Under the pieces are notes generated by a model. That model saw only the letters and a list, made by a program, of their open reading frames with translations. It was not told the origin of the DNA and ran no database searches. The translations under genes and the position numbers were made by a program. A DNA stretch of 64,000 nucleotides from an uncultured Christensenella sp. (GTDB lineage Bacteria > Bacillota > Clostridia > Christensenellales > UBA1242): the NCBI GenBank assembly GCA_964573405.1, contig CAZNJK010000002.1:12710-76709 (forward strand). Reading direction: 5' to 3'. Position 1 is the first letter of the stretch; the number at the start of each line of letters is the position of its first letter. Shown here piece after piece: positions 62,345 through 64,000 of the stretch.

Positions 62345-62441
62345 GCAGGGGTGTCTGAGCGGAGAGAATGCCCCAAAGTGGCATTCGGTATGACGGGCTT
62401 CCGTAGGCACGCTACGGACGAAACTTGCTTTCGACCGCTCA
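62345..62441 (+). pseudogene. Truncated tRNA-Ser 5' fragment fused to an unrelated structured segment that ends in an inverted D-arm copy
   Basis: 62315-62362 is identical to 62463-62510 (promoter plus tRNA nt 1-18, GCAGGGGTGTCTGAGCGG). It is followed by hairpins GAATGCC-ccaaagt-GGCATTC and CCGTAG-gcacg-CTACGG. GCTTTCGACCGCTCA (62427-62441) is the reverse complement of tRNA nt 11-24. There is no T-arm or 3' acceptor strand. Confidence 0.55.
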
Positions 62442-62492
62442 TATCGTATAGTACATTATATCCACAATGTACAACAAAACTTAATATAATAT

Positions 62493-62580
62493 GCAGGGGT
62501 GTCTGAGCGGTCGAAAGAGCATGATTGGAAATCATGTAATGTGCAAGCATTCGCAGGTTCAAATCCTGTCCCCTGCGCCA
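62493..62580 (+). tRNA. tRNA-Ser (anticodon GGA), class II, CCA encoded
   Basis: Acceptor GCAGGGG/CCCCTGC. Anticodon stem CATGA/TCATG with loop TTGGAAA. Long variable arm AATGTGCAAGCATT. T-arm GCAGG-TTCAAAT-CCTGT. Discriminator G plus CCA. A weak hairpin and T-run lie downstream (about 62609-62645). Confidence 0.9.
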
Positions 62581-62720
62581 AACAAAACAAATTAGAGTGT
62601 GCTGTAGGAAAAGTCTTTTTTAAGATTTTTCTTTTTTTATTTTATAATCGTATACAAATTTTACTAAAGTGTGCTATACTTAAGCCATAATAAGATATAA
62701 ATCAAAATAAAAGGTGGGTT

Positions 62721-63230
62721 ATGAATTTTTATCACGGAAGTAAAGATGATAACATTTCGGAACTTACAACAAGTCACAGCCGAGACGGATATGTTTATGC
62801 GACATCAAGCAGGCTTGTTGCCTTGACATATATGGCACGAAGAAAACCCAATCTTTTTTCATCATTCAATGGTCAAGAATGCTTTTTTGAACTCAAGCCA
62901 AATCTTTTTAAAGAAACGGTCAGAAATAAAAGTGGATACATATATCTTTTGGAAAACAAAGATTTTGAGCCAGTTCCACAAAGTAATAGATGCGGGCATC
63001 AAAATTGCTACAAAATAAATGAAAATGTAAAAATTGTAGACAAAGAATATATCAAAGATGCATATGAAGAATTGTTAAAATATGTAGAAAGTGGAGAATT
63101 TAAAATCTTAACCGAAGACGAGATTCCGTATGAACGAAAAGAGCAAATGATTAAACAAATTAAGGACATCGCAAAATCGTTGCCCGAGATAGAACTTAAC
63201 AATCCCGACAACTTTTGGAATATATTTTAA
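62721..63230 (+). CDS. Hypothetical protein (169 aa) with possible H-Y-E ADP-ribosyltransferase-like motifs
   Basis: SD AAAGGTGGG. The motifs FYHGS (res 3-7), DGYVYATSS and SGYIYLLEN occur in the order expected for an ART fold. This is speculative. Confidence 0.5.
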   Translation: MNFYHGSKDDNISELTTSHSRDGYVYATSSRLVALTYMARRKPNLFSSFNGQECFFELKPNLFKETVRNKSGYIYLLENKDFEPVPQSNRCGHQNCYKINENVKIVDKEYIKDAYEELLKYVESGEFKILTEDEIPYERKEQMIKQIKDIAKSLPEIELNNPDNFWNIF

Positions 63231-63241
63231 AGGAATAAAAG

Positions 63242-64000
63242 ATGGATAACATTATAGAAATTAGAAACTTGCATAAGAGTTTTGGTGACATCCACGCAGT
63301 TAATGGTCTAAGCATTAATGTCAAAAAGGGACAATTATACGCATTTTTGGGGCTTAATGGTGCTGGCAAAAGCACAACAATCTCCATTATGTGTGGGCAT
63401 CAGACCAAAGACAGTGGTCAAATTCTCATCGACGGCATCGACCTTGACGAAAATTTGGACAAAATCAAATCAAAACTGGGCGTCGTCTTCCAATTTTCCA
63501 CACTCGACAAAGTTTTGTCAGTGAAAGACAACTTGCAATGTAGGGCTAGCCTATATGGGCTCAATAAAGAGCAGTTTAACAGCCGACTTGACGAACTTGA
63601 TAAGTTGTTAAACATTAAAGGGCTTCTTAATAGGACATTTGGCAAACTTTCCGGCGGCGAAAAACGACGCGTTGATTTCGCAAGAGCACTGCTTAACAAT
63701 CCCCAAATCCTTATTTTAGACGAGCCAACCACCGGACTTGACCCGCAGACAAGGAAAATGGTGTGGAATGTAATTAGCCACCTACGAAAAAGTAGCCAAA
63801 TAACCGTATTTTTAACAACCCACTATATGGAAGAAACCACCGACGCTGACTATGTCGTGATTTTGGACAAGGGCAAAATTGTAGGCGAAGGCACACCGCT
63901 TGAACTAAAAAACAAATACACCGGCGACTTTGTTGTTCTTTATGGCATAAAAAAAGAAGATGTCGAAAAACTCCACCTACCCTACAAAAAAGTTGTAGGC
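63242..64000 (+). CDS. ABC transporter ATP-binding protein (3' end beyond the window)
   Basis: Not in the supplied track because it has no stop in the window. I translated it by hand from the ATG at 63242: MDNIIEIRNLHKSFGDIHAVNGLSINVKKGQLYAFLGLNGAGKSTT (Walker A), LSGGEKRR (signature), ILILDEPTTGLD (Walker B), TTHYMEE (H-loop). Confidence 0.85.
   Translation, partial: MDNIIEIRNLHKSFGDIHAVNGLSINVKKGQLYAFLGLNGAGKSTTISIMCGHQTKDSGQILIDGIDLDENLDKIKSKLGVVFQFSTLDKVLSVKDNLQCRASLYGLNKEQFNSRLDELDKLLNIKGLLNRTFGKLSGGEKRRVDFARALLNNPQILILDEPTTGLDPQTRKMVWNVISHLRKSSQITVFLTTHYMEETTDADYVVILDKGKIVGEGTPLELKNKYTGDFVVLYGIKKEDVEKLHLPYKKVVG

Noticed and set aside
62314-62690. ORFs 62314..62562 (-) and 62499..62690 (+).
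   Set aside because: They overlap the tRNA-Ser gene and its duplicated 5' region, so they are artefacts of translating structural RNA.
1-64000. A prophage, IS element or integrative island explaining the accessory genes.
   Set aside because: I recognised no integrase, transposase, recombinase, terminase or capsid-like ORF. The tRNA-adjacent duplication involves the 5' end rather than the 3' end, so it does not look like an att site.

Overview
AT-rich chromosomal segment from a spore-forming Firmicute (Clostridia-like; standard genetic code, long ORFs read cleanly). All calls come from reading motifs in the translated ORFs and the DNA by eye; no database search was run.

The backbone is housekeeping:
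- Replication and repair: dnaE, dnaB(DnaD-type)-dnaI, uvrC, an AlkD-like gene.
- Cell wall: murB, murC.
- Translation: prfA-prmC, rpmE, typA, rlmH, a MetRS-like gene, tRNA-Ser(GGA).
- Nucleotide metabolism: tmk, and nrdD-nrdG with NrdR boxes.
- Sporulation and germination: gerA-type ABC operon, whiA, spoVG.

Accessory surface or spore-related modules are interspersed:
- A 3852-aa InlB B-repeat surface protein.
- A five-gene operon of four TasA/CalY-like (SipW-type signal peptide) proteins plus a transglutaminase-core lipoprotein. Its intercistronic spacers are built almost entirely from a tandem ~60-nt repeat that abuts each Shine-Dalgarno.
- A mini BclA-like collagen protein with a Cys/Asn-rich N-terminus, next to a GT2 glycosyltransferase.
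- A GLUG-repeat surface protein.
- Several unannotated Cys-rich micro-ORFs with strong ribosome-binding sites.

The most interesting unexplained signals are:
- The TasA-like/transglutaminase operon and its covarying 60-nt repeat family.
- Two tandem copies of a ~110-nt hairpin element between nrdD and nrdG.
- A promoter-to-terminator ~125-nt structured RNA upstream of an MFS-DegV operon.
- A 148-nt partial duplication of the tRNA-Ser promoter and 5' end, fused to an inverted D-arm copy.
- A tandem pair of GrpE-like paralogues.

I saw no rRNA, CRISPR array, transposase or integrase.
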